Shown piece by piece: positions 30,747 through 40,591 of a stretch of DNA of 64,000 bases. Source of the stretch: Alphaproteobacteria bacterium (GTDB lineage: Bacteria > Pseudomonadota > Alphaproteobacteria > MPNO01 > UBA830); assembly GCA_965243135.1 (NCBI GenBank), contig OZ251539.1:4832001-4896000 (forward strand), read 5' to 3'. Position 1 is the first letter of the stretch; each line of letters starts with the position of its first letter. Under the pieces are notes generated by a model. That model was not told where the DNA came from. It did not search any database and worked only from the letters and a program-made list of their open reading frames with translations. The translations under genes were made by a program, and so were the position numbers.

Positions 30747-32037
30747 CGAAATCTCCCCGCAGAATGCGCTGGGATACAGGGAGGCTATCCTGCGGATCGC
30801 CGAGGGCTTGGTCGATTTCCACCTTGCGTCCCAACGGACCCCAAGCGGAAAGCGGATCGATCCAAGTCCGCTGTCCGCTGCGGCGCACAGTAAACAGGGA
30901 ATCGTCGGGCAAAAGATCAGGAAGAACGGGAGAATGCGTGGTCACGATGTACTGAGTCCCTCCGAGGCTCGTACGCGTCTTGAGCAGCTCTGCGATCAAT
31001 TGCACGCGGCGCGGATGAACGCCGTTTTCCGGCTCTTCGAAACCCACCAGCGAAGGCGCTTCGCCCACTCCCGTCAGCGCCAGGAGGCCGAGCATTCGAA
31101 GCGTGCCCTCGGACAGCACGCGCGCCGGCATTTCGACGCCGTCTTCCCTCAGACGCAGCTCGACCTCGCCGAGATCGTTCACGTCCACTTCGATGCCGTC
31201 GATGTTCGGCATCACCATGCGCAACGACTTCTCGATGCCCTCGAACCGTTTTCGGTCGAGCGTCTGAAGCGTTCTGAGGAAGGCGGCGAGATCTTCGCCC
31301 ATCAATCCGATATGTCGGGTTTCCCTTACGGGATTGGGCACGCGCATTCGTTCGCGAGGCTCGAAATAGAAGAACAGCCAGCTCTCCAATTCGCGCCGCG
31401 CCGCCGCGAGGTGGGGATAATGCGGGGAATAATGAGGCATCGAAAGGATCGTGTGATCGAGATAACGATCGAAATATGTGGGATGGGCCTGACCCTCCCG
31501 CCGGAGATGAATCTTCTCTCCCTGTCTTTCGATGAACGGCTTGCGTTTGCCGGTCGGCGCCCCGGCCGCGTTCAATGCCGCCAGATATTCGTCGGTCACG
31601 CGCAAAACTCCGGACCCAGGCAGCATCTCGACCTCGATCCGGTAGCGCAGATCGCGTTCGCGCACTCTGGCCGGCGTCTGGCGGTCTCCCGCGCCGCTCG
31701 GGCGGCGCATCTCCTGTATTTCGCGATTGACGGCGTCGACGACCGCTTCCGACAACTGCAGGTCGGCTTCGATCGAAAAAGACAGTCGATCCCGCTTGAT
31801 CAGGTTCTTGAGTCCGCCGGCTCCGAACGTGAAGGATTCGAGCGGTTTGCCGCGGTACGGGGGATCGAATGCTTCCTTGAGGGTCCGACTCGTTCCGAGT
31901 TCGGAAAGAAGCTGCAGGGCGTCGAGGACGTTGCTTTTGCCGGCCGCGTTCGGTCCGAACAGAACGGCCAGCGGCGACAGCCGAACTTCGACGTCTTCAA
32001 GGGATTTGTAACCCTTGATATGTGCGCGCTTCAACAT
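30739..32037 (-). CDS. ABC-type (AAA_21/COG4637-like) ATPase
   Basis: GPNAAGKSN, LSEGT, FEEPENGVHP, TTHS; ATG at 32037. Confidence 0.9.
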   Translation of the reverse strand: MLKRAHIKGYKSLEDVEVRLSPLAVLFGPNAAGKSNVLDALQLLSELGTSRTLKEAFDPPYRGKPLESFTFGAGGLKNLIKRDRLSFSIEADLQLSEAVVDAVNREIQEMRRPSGAGDRQTPARVRERDLRYRIEVEMLPGSGVLRVTDEYLAALNAAGAPTGKRKPFIERQGEKIHLRREGQAHPTYFDRYLDHTILSMPHYSPHYPHLAAARRELESWLFFYFEPRERMRVPNPVRETRHIGLMGEDLAAFLRTLQTLDRKRFEGIEKSLRMVMPNIDGIEVDVNDLGEVELRLREDGVEMPARVLSEGTLRMLGLLALTGVGEAPSLVGFEEPENGVHPRRVQLIAELLKTRTSLGGTQYIVTTHSPVLPDLLPDDSLFTVRRSGQRTWIDPLSAWGPLGRKVEIDQALGDPQDSLPVSQRILRGDFDA

Positions 32038-32176
32038 GTCGCGTCCCCGGTAGCCGCAAGGGTGGACCTCCTGTCGCGGCCTGCATGCCGCGGCCGTCTC
32101 GGCAGTCGCAGGCCGCAAGGCGCTCGCTGGCGTCGAAGATACGGCGCCCGGTCTCGGCCGTCGCGACGAAACTTCA

Positions 32177-35100
32177 TCAATCCGACTCCGCGGACGAAGC
32201 GATCTCGGAAGCGGCAATCATTACGCCGCCCTTCGTTTTCGCGAGCAGCTTGCCGAACGGATCGCGGACCTTCAGCAGGCAAGGACGGGGCGACGCGCAG
32301 TCGAACGCGACGTACAGCCAGTACCGCTCGCGCAGGTTGCACGCTTTCGCCCATTCGTTCTCGCTGACCTCCACCCATCCTCTGCCCGCGCGGCCCTTCA
32401 CTTCGATGGCGCGTTCCTCGTCCGGACCGTCGGCGTTCGCCGGACGCGATGAACGCAGATCGAAACCCGGCCAGTCCCCGAGACCGGCCCGCCGCGACAG
32501 TTCCGGGCGCGACACGTCGCAGACCTCGGCTCCTGCCGCTTCTTCGTGCGCGCGGGCAAGCTGCATGGCGACCGCCTCGACCTCGGCATCGTGACGCAAC
32601 CGTTCTTCCCGGTCTTCCGTCGGCACGACGAGCGCATGCGCGAGGATCGCGGCCTCTCCGGGGACGATCAGGGACGGTTCCGTCTCGAGGAGCGACAATC
32701 GCTCTTCCTTTTCGGCGGCGATATGGCGCTGCTCCTTCCGGACCCGGGCGAGCAGCGCCTCGGCCTCGGGTTCGCCTCTCCCGGCTTTCTCGCTCAGATG
32801 ACGTCGCCTCGCCATCAACTCGGCGATCCTGTAATCGTAACCGCGGGCGAGCCAATTGCGACGCTCCGGCAACTCGCTTTCGATGCGGGCGCGGCATTCC
32901 TCCGCCATGCGAACCAGCGTCTCTCCCGTCAGCCATTCCTTCGCGCCCTCCAGGAGACTCCGCGCCAAACGCGCCAACGGCACGTTTCCGGGCGCGACGT
33001 CGCCCGCTCCGCGCAGCAACAGCAAGTGCTCCAGCGGGCAAGGCGCGATAGCGCCCTCGGCTTCCTGCCGCAGGCCGATTAGCCGGCTTTCGACCGTTCG
33101 CTCCCGGCCGCCGTCCGGCGCGCCGAAGAAACCGGTCCGCTCCCGGCGCATCACCGACGCTCTCGCGAGATGAAAAAGATAGGGCGTTTCCGCATGAGGA
33201 TCGACGAAGATGGCGCCGCGCAAGGCGTCGTCGCCGCGGCGCTCGATCAGTAGGGCGCGAAGACGATCGAACACCGGCTCGCCGGGGTGCAACCAGATGG
33301 CCGCGGCGCGTTCTTCGGGACGGCGGACCGTCAGGCGGCCTCTCGCCTCCGCCGGATAGGCTTCGGTCGCATCGAGAATGGAATCGTCGGCGAGCGGTCG
33401 TACCGGCGCGAGACCGAATATCCCGTCGGGGTCGCCTTCGATACGGAGGTCGAGCAGGGGAGCCGCAGTCTCGACGAAACGGCGGATATATCCGGGCAGC
33501 AAACGCCGGTATTGCTCCCGTTCCAGCGCTTCGTTGAGGTCGGGCAGGCGCTTGGCGACGTCGCCGCCCCCGAACAGGCTGCGCTCGCGAACGTCGAGCG
33601 CGCGTACCTGATCCTCGGTCAGGCTGCCTTCGATCTCGTCCATGGCTTCGCGGGCGCCGTCCTCCGTCACGGCCTTCTCCAGATAGGCTCTCATGGACAC
33701 GTTCTCGAACAGGCGTCCGATCACGTCGAACACCTTTTCCGACTTGAGCTGCTTGCGGATCAGTTCGAGCTTGTCGAGAAGTGTTTTGAGAACCCTCCCC
33801 TCGCGCGTCTCGCTGGCGATCAGATTGACGATCACTACCGGGTCGCGCTTCTGGCCGTAGCGGTGTATGCGGCCCATCCGCTGCTCGAGGCGCGCGGGAT
33901 TCCAGGGCACGTCGTAATTCACCATCAGCCAGCAAAACTGAAGATTGATGCCTTCGCCGGCCGCATCCGTAGCGATCAGGCAATTGGCTCCGCTTTCCGC
34001 AGCCGGGCGGCGGAACGACTCGACCTGCGCCTCCCGTTCGCGGTAGTCGAAGCCGCCGTGGATCAGGGCGATTTCTCCGGTGAAGCCGAGCCCTTCCAGA
34101 CGCCGCACCAGAAACTCCGCGGTGTCGCGGTGCTCGGTGAATACGATGAATTTCTCGTGGGCGAACGCAGGATCGCGCATGACGTCGCGAAGTTTTTCGA
34201 ACTTCGAATCTTCTCCGGCGTCGGCAAGAACGCGGGCCTGCGCGAGCAGGCTCTCCACTATGCCGCGCTCTTCGCGAAGCTCCGCCAGCGCGCATGCGGC
34301 GAAGCCTCCGAGGGCGGTCGTTTCGAACGTTTCGGACCGCTCCCGGTCGCCGACGTCCCGGCCGTCCTCGTCGGCCGTCCGGGTCTCGAAGAAATCCGGC
34401 GTTTTCCCGATGCGCTGCTGACGCCGCTCCAGCTCGTCGGCGCGGCCCGCGGCGACGAGTTCGATCGCCTCGTCCAGCCGCTCCAGGCGGCGCTCGAAAG
34501 AGCGCGTCAGCGCATAGGTCGAACTGGCGAGCCGGCGCTGGAATACGCTCATGGCGAGGCGGGCCGCGGACCGATTCAGAACGCGCGCCCTGTTGTAGGT
34601 CTCGAAGATGTACTCGGTCGTCGCGTCGTAAAGCTCCCGCTCCTCCGGACTCAGATCGTAGCCGAGCGTGTCGCAGCGCCGCTGCGGATACAGGGGCCGG
34701 CCGTCGAAATGGAGCATTTCCTCCTTGGTTCGACGGATGAAATGACTGCGGCGACGCTTTTCCGGGAAGGCTTCGAACGCGTCGAAGGTGGAAAGCGCAT
34801 CGGGCAAGAGCAGCCGCCAAAGGCAGTAATAGGGAAAATCCTTTCCCATATGCGGCGTCGCGGTCAGAAGCAGGAGGTTCGCCGCGGACCAGCCGAGATC
34901 CCAGCGGGCATCGTCCGCGGGCAGGCCGGCCATCGCTTCGGCGAGACGATACCGGCCGGTCTTGCGAACGTAGAGGTCCTGGTCGCGGTCGGCCGCCAGC
35001 TTGTGGGCTTCGTCGAACACGACGATGTCGTAGGGCCGCGCGGATCCCGAGGCGACGGCTTCGCGCATCCGCGCGAACATCCGCTCGGTGGCGAGCGTGT

Positions 35101-35746
35101 CGATGCTGACGATGAGGCGATCGCTTTCCGGCCCGGCGAACGGGTTTCCGCTGCGGGCGTCGGAGCCGCGCGCGATCCCGAACTGAAGGCGGAACAACGT
35201 GCGCATCTCGCGTTCCCAGTTGCCCACCAGCCCGGCCGGGCATGCCACGAGGATCCGGGCGAGATGACCGCGCGCGATCATTTCCCGGAGATACAGTCCC
35301 GTCATGATCGTTTTTCCGGCGCCGGCGTCGTCCGCCAGCAAGAAGCGTAACGGCGACTGTCTCAGCATGTGCTCGTAGACCGCGATTCGTTGATGCGGAA
35401 GCGGGTCGACCGAGGAAATCTCCGTAGCGAACGCAGGATTGAAAAGATGCCCGCGCGCGAGGCGATGGGCCTCGACCACGGCGGCGACGGCGCCCGGATC
35501 GGCGCCGAAGTCCAGCTTCGGCGGAGCGGCGGCCTGCGCGGCAAGCCGGTCCGGCCCTTCGGCTTCCAGATCGCCGATCCGCCGCCAGGCCAGGCGCGCC
35601 GGCTTCGACTGCCCGTTCTCCCACCGGTTCACGGTAGCGAACGACACGCCGATGCGCTCGGCGAGCTGGGTCTGCGTCAGAGAAAGCCGCAAGCGCAGTT
35701 CCTTGACGCGAACCGGGTAGTCCTCTGGAATCTCGTCGTGTCTCAT
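32177..35746 (-). CDS. XRE-HTH + SNF2 helicase + DUF3883 nuclease fusion
   Basis: LTQTQLAERIGVSFATVNRWENG, LADDAGAGKT, DEAH, TDAAGEGINLQ, QRMGRIHRYGQ, GFDLRS..IEVKGR. Confidence 0.92.
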   Translation of the reverse strand: MRHDEIPEDYPVRVKELRLRLSLTQTQLAERIGVSFATVNRWENGQSKPARLAWRRIGDLEAEGPDRLAAQAAAPPKLDFGADPGAVAAVVEAHRLARGHLFNPAFATEISSVDPLPHQRIAVYEHMLRQSPLRFLLADDAGAGKTIMTGLYLREMIARGHLARILVACPAGLVGNWEREMRTLFRLQFGIARGSDARSGNPFAGPESDRLIVSIDTLATERMFARMREAVASGSARPYDIVVFDEAHKLAADRDQDLYVRKTGRYRLAEAMAGLPADDARWDLGWSAANLLLLTATPHMGKDFPYYCLWRLLLPDALSTFDAFEAFPEKRRRSHFIRRTKEEMLHFDGRPLYPQRRCDTLGYDLSPEERELYDATTEYIFETYNRARVLNRSAARLAMSVFQRRLASSTYALTRSFERRLERLDEAIELVAAGRADELERRQQRIGKTPDFFETRTADEDGRDVGDRERSETFETTALGGFAACALAELREERGIVESLLAQARVLADAGEDSKFEKLRDVMRDPAFAHEKFIVFTEHRDTAEFLVRRLEGLGFTGEIALIHGGFDYREREAQVESFRRPAAESGANCLIATDAAGEGINLQFCWLMVNYDVPWNPARLEQRMGRIHRYGQKRDPVVIVNLIASETREGRVLKTLLDKLELIRKQLKSEKVFDVIGRLFENVSMRAYLEKAVTEDGAREAMDEIEGSLTEDQVRALDVRERSLFGGGDVAKRLPDLNEALEREQYRRLLPGYIRRFVETAAPLLDLRIEGDPDGIFGLAPVRPLADDSILDATEAYPAEARGRLTVRRPEERAAAIWLHPGEPVFDRLRALLIERRGDDALRGAIFVDPHAETPYLFHLARASVMRRERTGFFGAPDGGRERTVESRLIGLRQEAEGAIAPCPLEHLLLLRGAGDVAPGNVPLARLARSLLEGAKEWLTGETLVRMAEECRARIESELPERRNWLARGYDYRIAELMARRRHLSEKAGRGEPEAEALLARVRKEQRHIAAEKEERLSLLETEPSLIVPGEAAILAHALVVPTEDREERLRHDAEVEAVAMQLARAHEEAAGAEVCDVSRPELSRRAGLGDWPGFDLRSSRPANADGPDEERAIEVKGRAGRGWVEVSENEWAKACNLRERYWLYVAFDCASPRPCLLKVRDPFGKLLAKTKGGVMIAASEIASSAESD

Positions 35747-35778
35747 CGCGACCGCCGGTTGCCGCCGAACGCTCGAAT

Positions 35779-35807
35779 ATATAACAGATGTTATATCGGC
35801 CTGTCAA
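35779..35807 (-). promoter_or_regulatory. Sigma70-like promoter with overlapping palindromic operator
   Basis: TTGACA (35807-35802) then an AT-rich -10 region; perfect IR ATATAACA-GA-TGTTATAT at 35779-35796. Confidence 0.7.
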
Positions 35808-35989
35808 GCCGCTTTTCTTCGTCCGCATGTCTCGCCCCGGCCCGCGAACGGAGGCGGAGGATTCCTTCGCGGGATCCAACCCGACCCGCTTCCGGCCGAC
35901 GGTCTCTCCCGAAGGATGCGCGGCAAGCGAACGGCGGGACGGAGCTGCGCGGACCGACTGTTGAGCCTTGCGCAAAACGAGCTGATGCG

Positions 35990-37400
35990 AGCGGAAGTGA
36001 GCTCCACGTTCAGGAGATCCGGTTCGCCAAGTCCCTGCGGCCCGGCCGGTCACCCGACCGCTCGCCGAGGCGTTGGCGGCGGCGGTGCCGGACGACGCGG
36101 ACGATGGGATGCCGTCCGCCGCCGCGACCGAGGTGGCGATGGGCGAGCATTCCGAAGCTTGGCTCAAGCTGCTCGGACGCGCCTGCGGCCGGGATCTGGA
36201 ATAGCTGGGGCGCCTGTCTGACGCCGATGGCGCCGCGCTCTCCATGGCGACGTGGGAGGCGAACGGCCCTTTTTTCGTCCGTCTCGCGACGGAGGCGCTC
36301 CAAGGCCGGGCGGCGGCAGAAAGGCTGTTCCGCTCGCTCGCGTCCTCGACGAGCTCGTCCGCGCTGGACACGGAACCGGACACGCCGACCCCGCCAGCCG
36401 CCTGATCTGGCGTCAGATCGAGCTGTTCCGGAAGGTCAGGAGAGCAGAAGGATGATGCCGACCAAGACGCCGCCCGCCGCGACGCCCCAGAGCGCCGCGC
36501 CGAACGCGAGCCCCGCGAAGACGCCTTGGAAAAGACCGGTCATGACTTCCCTGAACATGGGCGCATTCTAGCATGGCCGGAGAGGACATCATCCTCGTCC
36601 TGCGCGTCCGGGCCCAGTTCGACGACGCCATCCGCCAGCTCGACCGGCTAGAGAAGGAGACGTGGGACGCCGGCGGTGCCGCCTCCGGTCCGGACGCTTG
36701 CCTTCCCGCCGTCTCTGCGTGACCTCCGACAACGGCGCCCACGGCGCGCCGTCCGGCGATGTCTGCCGCTCGAAGGACTCGGCGACGCTATCGGCGAGGT
36801 GGCTGGCGGCATGGCGGGTTCGAGGTCGCGTCCGGAGCGGAGCAGCCGGTCGAGTTCCTTCCGCAGGGCGCTGTCGTCGCACTTGACTTCGGGTCATGCT
36901 ACCTTCCCCTTGAAGCGCCGCCGGGGGCGCGGAAAGCGCGGCTTCGACCGCGCCGGTGGGCAAGCGCACACGGCCCGTTCCGTGAGTCCGCGCACCCGGA
37001 TCGATGCAGGCTCTGGTCCTGTGCTGGCGGCGCTATCGCCCCCCTTCTCCGCGTTGATAGAGCAGGTGGCCTTCCCGAAGCCGGCTCGGGTCGTCCCTCG
37101 GAAGCATCGTCCAGGACAGCTGGCCGTACAGGTCCTCCTGGACGATGACGGCCGTGGTCATCTCTGGCCGGCGATGCGACGAAGCGCCGCCGGTAGAAGG
37201 CGTCGCCGGTGCGCCTGTCCGTCCTCGCCTGCAGCCAGACCTCGCCGGGAGCGTCGGGAGGACGAATTCCGCGAACCGTTCCCGCCGGTCCGCGTCGACG
37301 ACCGACGTAACCTGACGGTCAGCATGTCGTCCACGGGCGTCCGGACCCGGGCAACGTCCCCGGCGACCCCGCGCCGCCAAAGTCTCGTGGCGGCCGGAAT
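35990..37400. mobile_element. Mu-like prophage relic (tail chaperone, tape-measure start, virion morphogenesis fragments)
   Basis: + strand LSDADGAALSMATWEANGPFF and MAGEDIILVLRVRAQFDDAIRQL (from 36573); - strand frameshifted EVKCDDSALRKEL..SFERQTSPDGAPWAPLS (from 36897). Confidence 0.6.
36436..36558 (-). CDS. 40-aa hydrophobic peptide, absent from the ORF track
   Basis: MFREVMTGLFQGVFAGLAFGAALWGVAAGGVLVGIILLLS; TAGAAT 6 nt before the ATG. Confidence 0.45.
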   Translation of the reverse strand: MFREVMTGLFQGVFAGLAFGAALWGVAAGGVLVGIILLLS

Positions 37401-37412
37401 CTCTCGCAAGCT

Positions 37413-38130
37413 CTATCGGACCGTCCTCTCGAGCTGCCGCGCCCGGTTCCGAACGCGCTCCGCGAAACCGGCGAGCGCATCCATCCCCGGAACGGCCAAT
37501 TCTTCCGCGGCGTCTCCGGCCCGTTCGATCGCGAGGCCGGCGAGTTCCCTGACGCGCCGCTTCGCGAAGGGCGCGCTGACCCCGGCGCTGTTCGCGAAAC
37601 GACTCCAGTCGTCCGTCCGGATCTCCGGCAGAGTGCCGCGCCCCGCGATTTTCATGGCGAACCCGGAAGACAGTTCGGGATAAGCGACGGTCGAGAGAAG
37701 ATCGTAAAGGGGGGCGAGCTCGATCGCCTCTTCGTTATGCAGAAGGCTGTAGTTCTGGGCGTCTGCGTTCCCGATCAATGCCTGAAAGATGGCCGCGTCG
37801 AGCAGCTTGAGCACCCCGACGGCGGGTCTGGAGCAAACGCGCCGGACGAGTTCGAAGCATTGCGGGAAGCCCGGTCCTCCGTCGGACGCGTATTTGCGTT
37901 CGGAGGAAATTCCGAGCGCCTGACAGAAGTCTTCCTGATGAAGCCGGCGCGCGATGCCGTCCGCTCGGCGGTCGTACCTTTCGACCAGCAAGCAGGCCTG
38001 CTCTGGGGCGACGGCAAGGATTTCGACGCGCGCCGCCGCAAGGCCGATGCGGGCGGCAAGGACCTTGGCGGCGCGGACTCCGGAGAGCCGTAAGGCTCGC
38101 GTCTCGCCCAGCTCCGCATTTCGGCAGAAT
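37413..38130 (-). pseudogene. hipA: HipA kinase C-terminal remnant
   Basis: LLVERYDR, RLHQEDFCQALG..KY, LAPLYDL; catalytic loop reads GNADAQNYS instead of GNxDAHxKN; N-terminus and hipB absent. Confidence 0.8.
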
Positions 38131-38379
38131 AGCGCTTTTTCGCGAGCGCAAATCCGGCGAAGGAATATTATCCGTCGGCGCAGGTGGAACGGAGAGGCGG
38201 GGAACTTTCGTCGAAAGGCGAAGCTCCTGACGGGCGGTTCCTGCCAACCCCGGCGCGACCGCTCGGCAGCGTTCTGCAGACATTCCCAAACTCCATAAAA
38301 TTCCCCGAATCGATTTCTTAAACCGCCTTTTTTCCCTATTCTGGCGCACGAGAAGCCGTTAACGCCGGAAACTTCCACG

Positions 38380-39843
38380 ATGTTGATCGACGATATGCCC
38401 GAAGCGTTCGTGTCCGACGCGACGACGAGCCGCGCGGTTTCGCGGGCCCTGAAGGCCGGCAAGATTCGCAAGCTCGCCTCCCGGCTCTATACCGGCAACC
38501 TCGCCGACCCTCCCGAGGAGGTGGTGAAACGCAACCTCTGGAACATTGTCGCCGGCTATTTCCCGGGAGCGCTCGTCGCCGACCGAACGGGATTGGAGGG
38601 CGTTCCCGCTGGCGACGGATCGGTCTGCTTGGTGTCCGGGACGGGTCGCGACGTCGAACTGCCTGGACACGTTCTGCGGCCGCGGCGCGGCGTCGCGCCC
38701 TTGCCGTCGGACAGGCCCTTCGTCTCCGGGCTGTTCCTGAGTTCGCCGGCGCGCGCCTATCTGGAAAACATGCGCCCGTCGCGCGCCCGGGGAGGGCGGG
38801 TCGCGCGCGCGCTTTCCCGAAGCGAGATCGAGGAACGACTCGACACGCTGATCCGCCGTTCCGGGGAGGAAGCGGCGACGCGTCTGCGCGACGAAATCCG
38901 CGCTGTCGCGGCCGCTCTCGACATGAAAGGAGAAGCGGCGGAACTCGACGCCCTGATCGGCGCATTGCTCGGCACGAAAAAAGCGGATCCGAGCGCGGCG
39001 CCTGCCGTCGCGCGAAGTCTCGGGCGACCTTACGACCCGGAGAGGCTCACGCTGTTCCAGACGCTGCACAAGGCGCTGCGGGACCACCCGCCGTTCCCGC
39101 GACCCGCGCCCGCAGCAAGCCCTACGCTCGCCTTCTACGAAGCCTATTTCTCCAACTTCGTCGAAGGCACCGAGTTCGCCGTGGAGGAAGCCGTCGATAT
39201 CGTGTTTCGAGGCGTCATTCCCGAAGAGCGTCCGCAGGACTCCCAAGACGTGCTCGGCACTTGGCGCCTCGTTTCCGACGACCGCGAAATGAGCCGAATC
39301 CCGGGGGACTTCTCCGCGTTCGAGGATCGTCTCAGGTCGCGGCACGCGGCGATCATGGCAGGGCGTCCGGACATGCGGCCCGGCGCGTTCAAACGCTCCG
39401 CCAACCGGGCGGGATCGACCGTTTTCGTCGCCCCCGATCTCGTGGAAGGCACGCTCGAGCAAGGCTTCGCCTTGCGGCAAAGCCTGGACGCGCCTTTCCA
39501 GCGCGCCGCGTTCGTCATGTTTCTGGTCGCCGAAGTCCACCCCTTCGTCGATGGCAACGGACGCACGGCGCGAGTGACGATGAACGCCGAACTCGTCGCC
39601 GCCGGCGAGCAACGCATCGTCATTCCGACGATATTCCACGTCAATTACGTCGCTGCACTGAAGGCCCTTTCGCAAGGCGGACATCCCACGCCGCTGATCG
39701 ACGTGCTCGATTACGCCCAGCGCTGGACCGCAGCCGTCTCTTGGCGTTCGATCGAAGCGACGAGACGCGAACTCGACGCCTGCAACGCTTTTCTCGACTC
39801 CTTGGCCGCCGAACAGGCGGGCCGAAGGCTCAGGATGCCGTGA
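38380..39843 (+). CDS. Fic-domain protein
   Basis: SNFVEG and canonical HPFVDGNGRTAR. Confidence 0.92.
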   Translation: MLIDDMPEAFVSDATTSRAVSRALKAGKIRKLASRLYTGNLADPPEEVVKRNLWNIVAGYFPGALVADRTGLEGVPAGDGSVCLVSGTGRDVELPGHVLRPRRGVAPLPSDRPFVSGLFLSSPARAYLENMRPSRARGGRVARALSRSEIEERLDTLIRRSGEEAATRLRDEIRAVAAALDMKGEAAELDALIGALLGTKKADPSAAPAVARSLGRPYDPERLTLFQTLHKALRDHPPFPRPAPAASPTLAFYEAYFSNFVEGTEFAVEEAVDIVFRGVIPEERPQDSQDVLGTWRLVSDDREMSRIPGDFSAFEDRLRSRHAAIMAGRPDMRPGAFKRSANRAGSTVFVAPDLVEGTLEQGFALRQSLDAPFQRAAFVMFLVAEVHPFVDGNGRTARVTMNAELVAAGEQRIVIPTIFHVNYVAALKALSQGGHPTPLIDVLDYAQRWTAAVSWRSIEATRRELDACNAFLDSLAAEQAGRRLRMP

Positions 39844-39918
39844 GCCGCGGTCGATTGCGGCGCGGCGGCCGCGAAGGGGGCGGCGCGAACGCCGCCGACC
39901 GGTTTCTCCGGCAGGCGT

Positions 39919-40518
39919 TCAGTCGCCGAGAAACCTCGCGCGGCCCTGCAACTCCGTTTCGATCGGAATGTCCAGGGCCTCGTGTATGGAGTTGTACATC
40001 TTCCAGAACCCGACGACGCAGGCGAGCTCCACGACTTGGGGAGGCGTCATGCATTCCGCGAGTTCGCCGAGCAATTCCTGCGGCACGTCCGTGGGATCCT
40101 CCGTCGCCGCCCGAGCGTACCGGATCGCCACCTTCTCGGCGGGATCGTCGGGCGCGTAAGAAGGATCGAGAAGCTTCATCACGTCGTCGTCGGAAAAATC
40201 CCATCCTTCGCTGTCGCCGTCCGCGCCCGTCATCAGCGTGTTCGTATTGTGCGCGACGCAATAGGCGCTCTTGTTGAGAAACGAGCAGATGGCGGAGAGT
40301 CGGCGCTTGAGTCCCGAGTCGAGGCTGCTCGAGGGATCGCGCATCACCGCGTTGTTGAGCTGAATCAGGAGCGTAAGAATCTCCGGGCGATGCATGTAGA
40401 GCTTGAGCGCGTTGGGCATGAAGCCCATGCGCCGTTCGTAGTCCGCAAGCGGCGCCTTGAGGGCTTCCGGCAGCGCGTCTCGGTTCGCGTAGGGAATGAA
40501 GGGGGATTTCTCGCTCAT
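39919..40518 (-). CDS. AhpD/CMD-like protein
   Basis: MGFMPNAL, SAYCVAH, VVELACVVGF. Confidence 0.75.
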   Translation of the reverse strand: MSEKSPFIPYANRDALPEALKAPLADYERRMGFMPNALKLYMHRPEILTLLIQLNNAVMRDPSSSLDSGLKRRLSAICSFLNKSAYCVAHNTNTLMTGADGDSEGWDFSDDDVMKLLDPSYAPDDPAEKVAIRYARAATEDPTDVPQELLGELAECMTPPQVVELACVVGFWKMYNSIHEALDIPIETELQGRARFLGD

Positions 40519-40591
40519 CGCTCGTCTCCTGCTCTGTTTCCTGCGGAAGAACGGAGCCGGCTCCGCGTCTTCCTCCGGTCAGCCGCAACGC

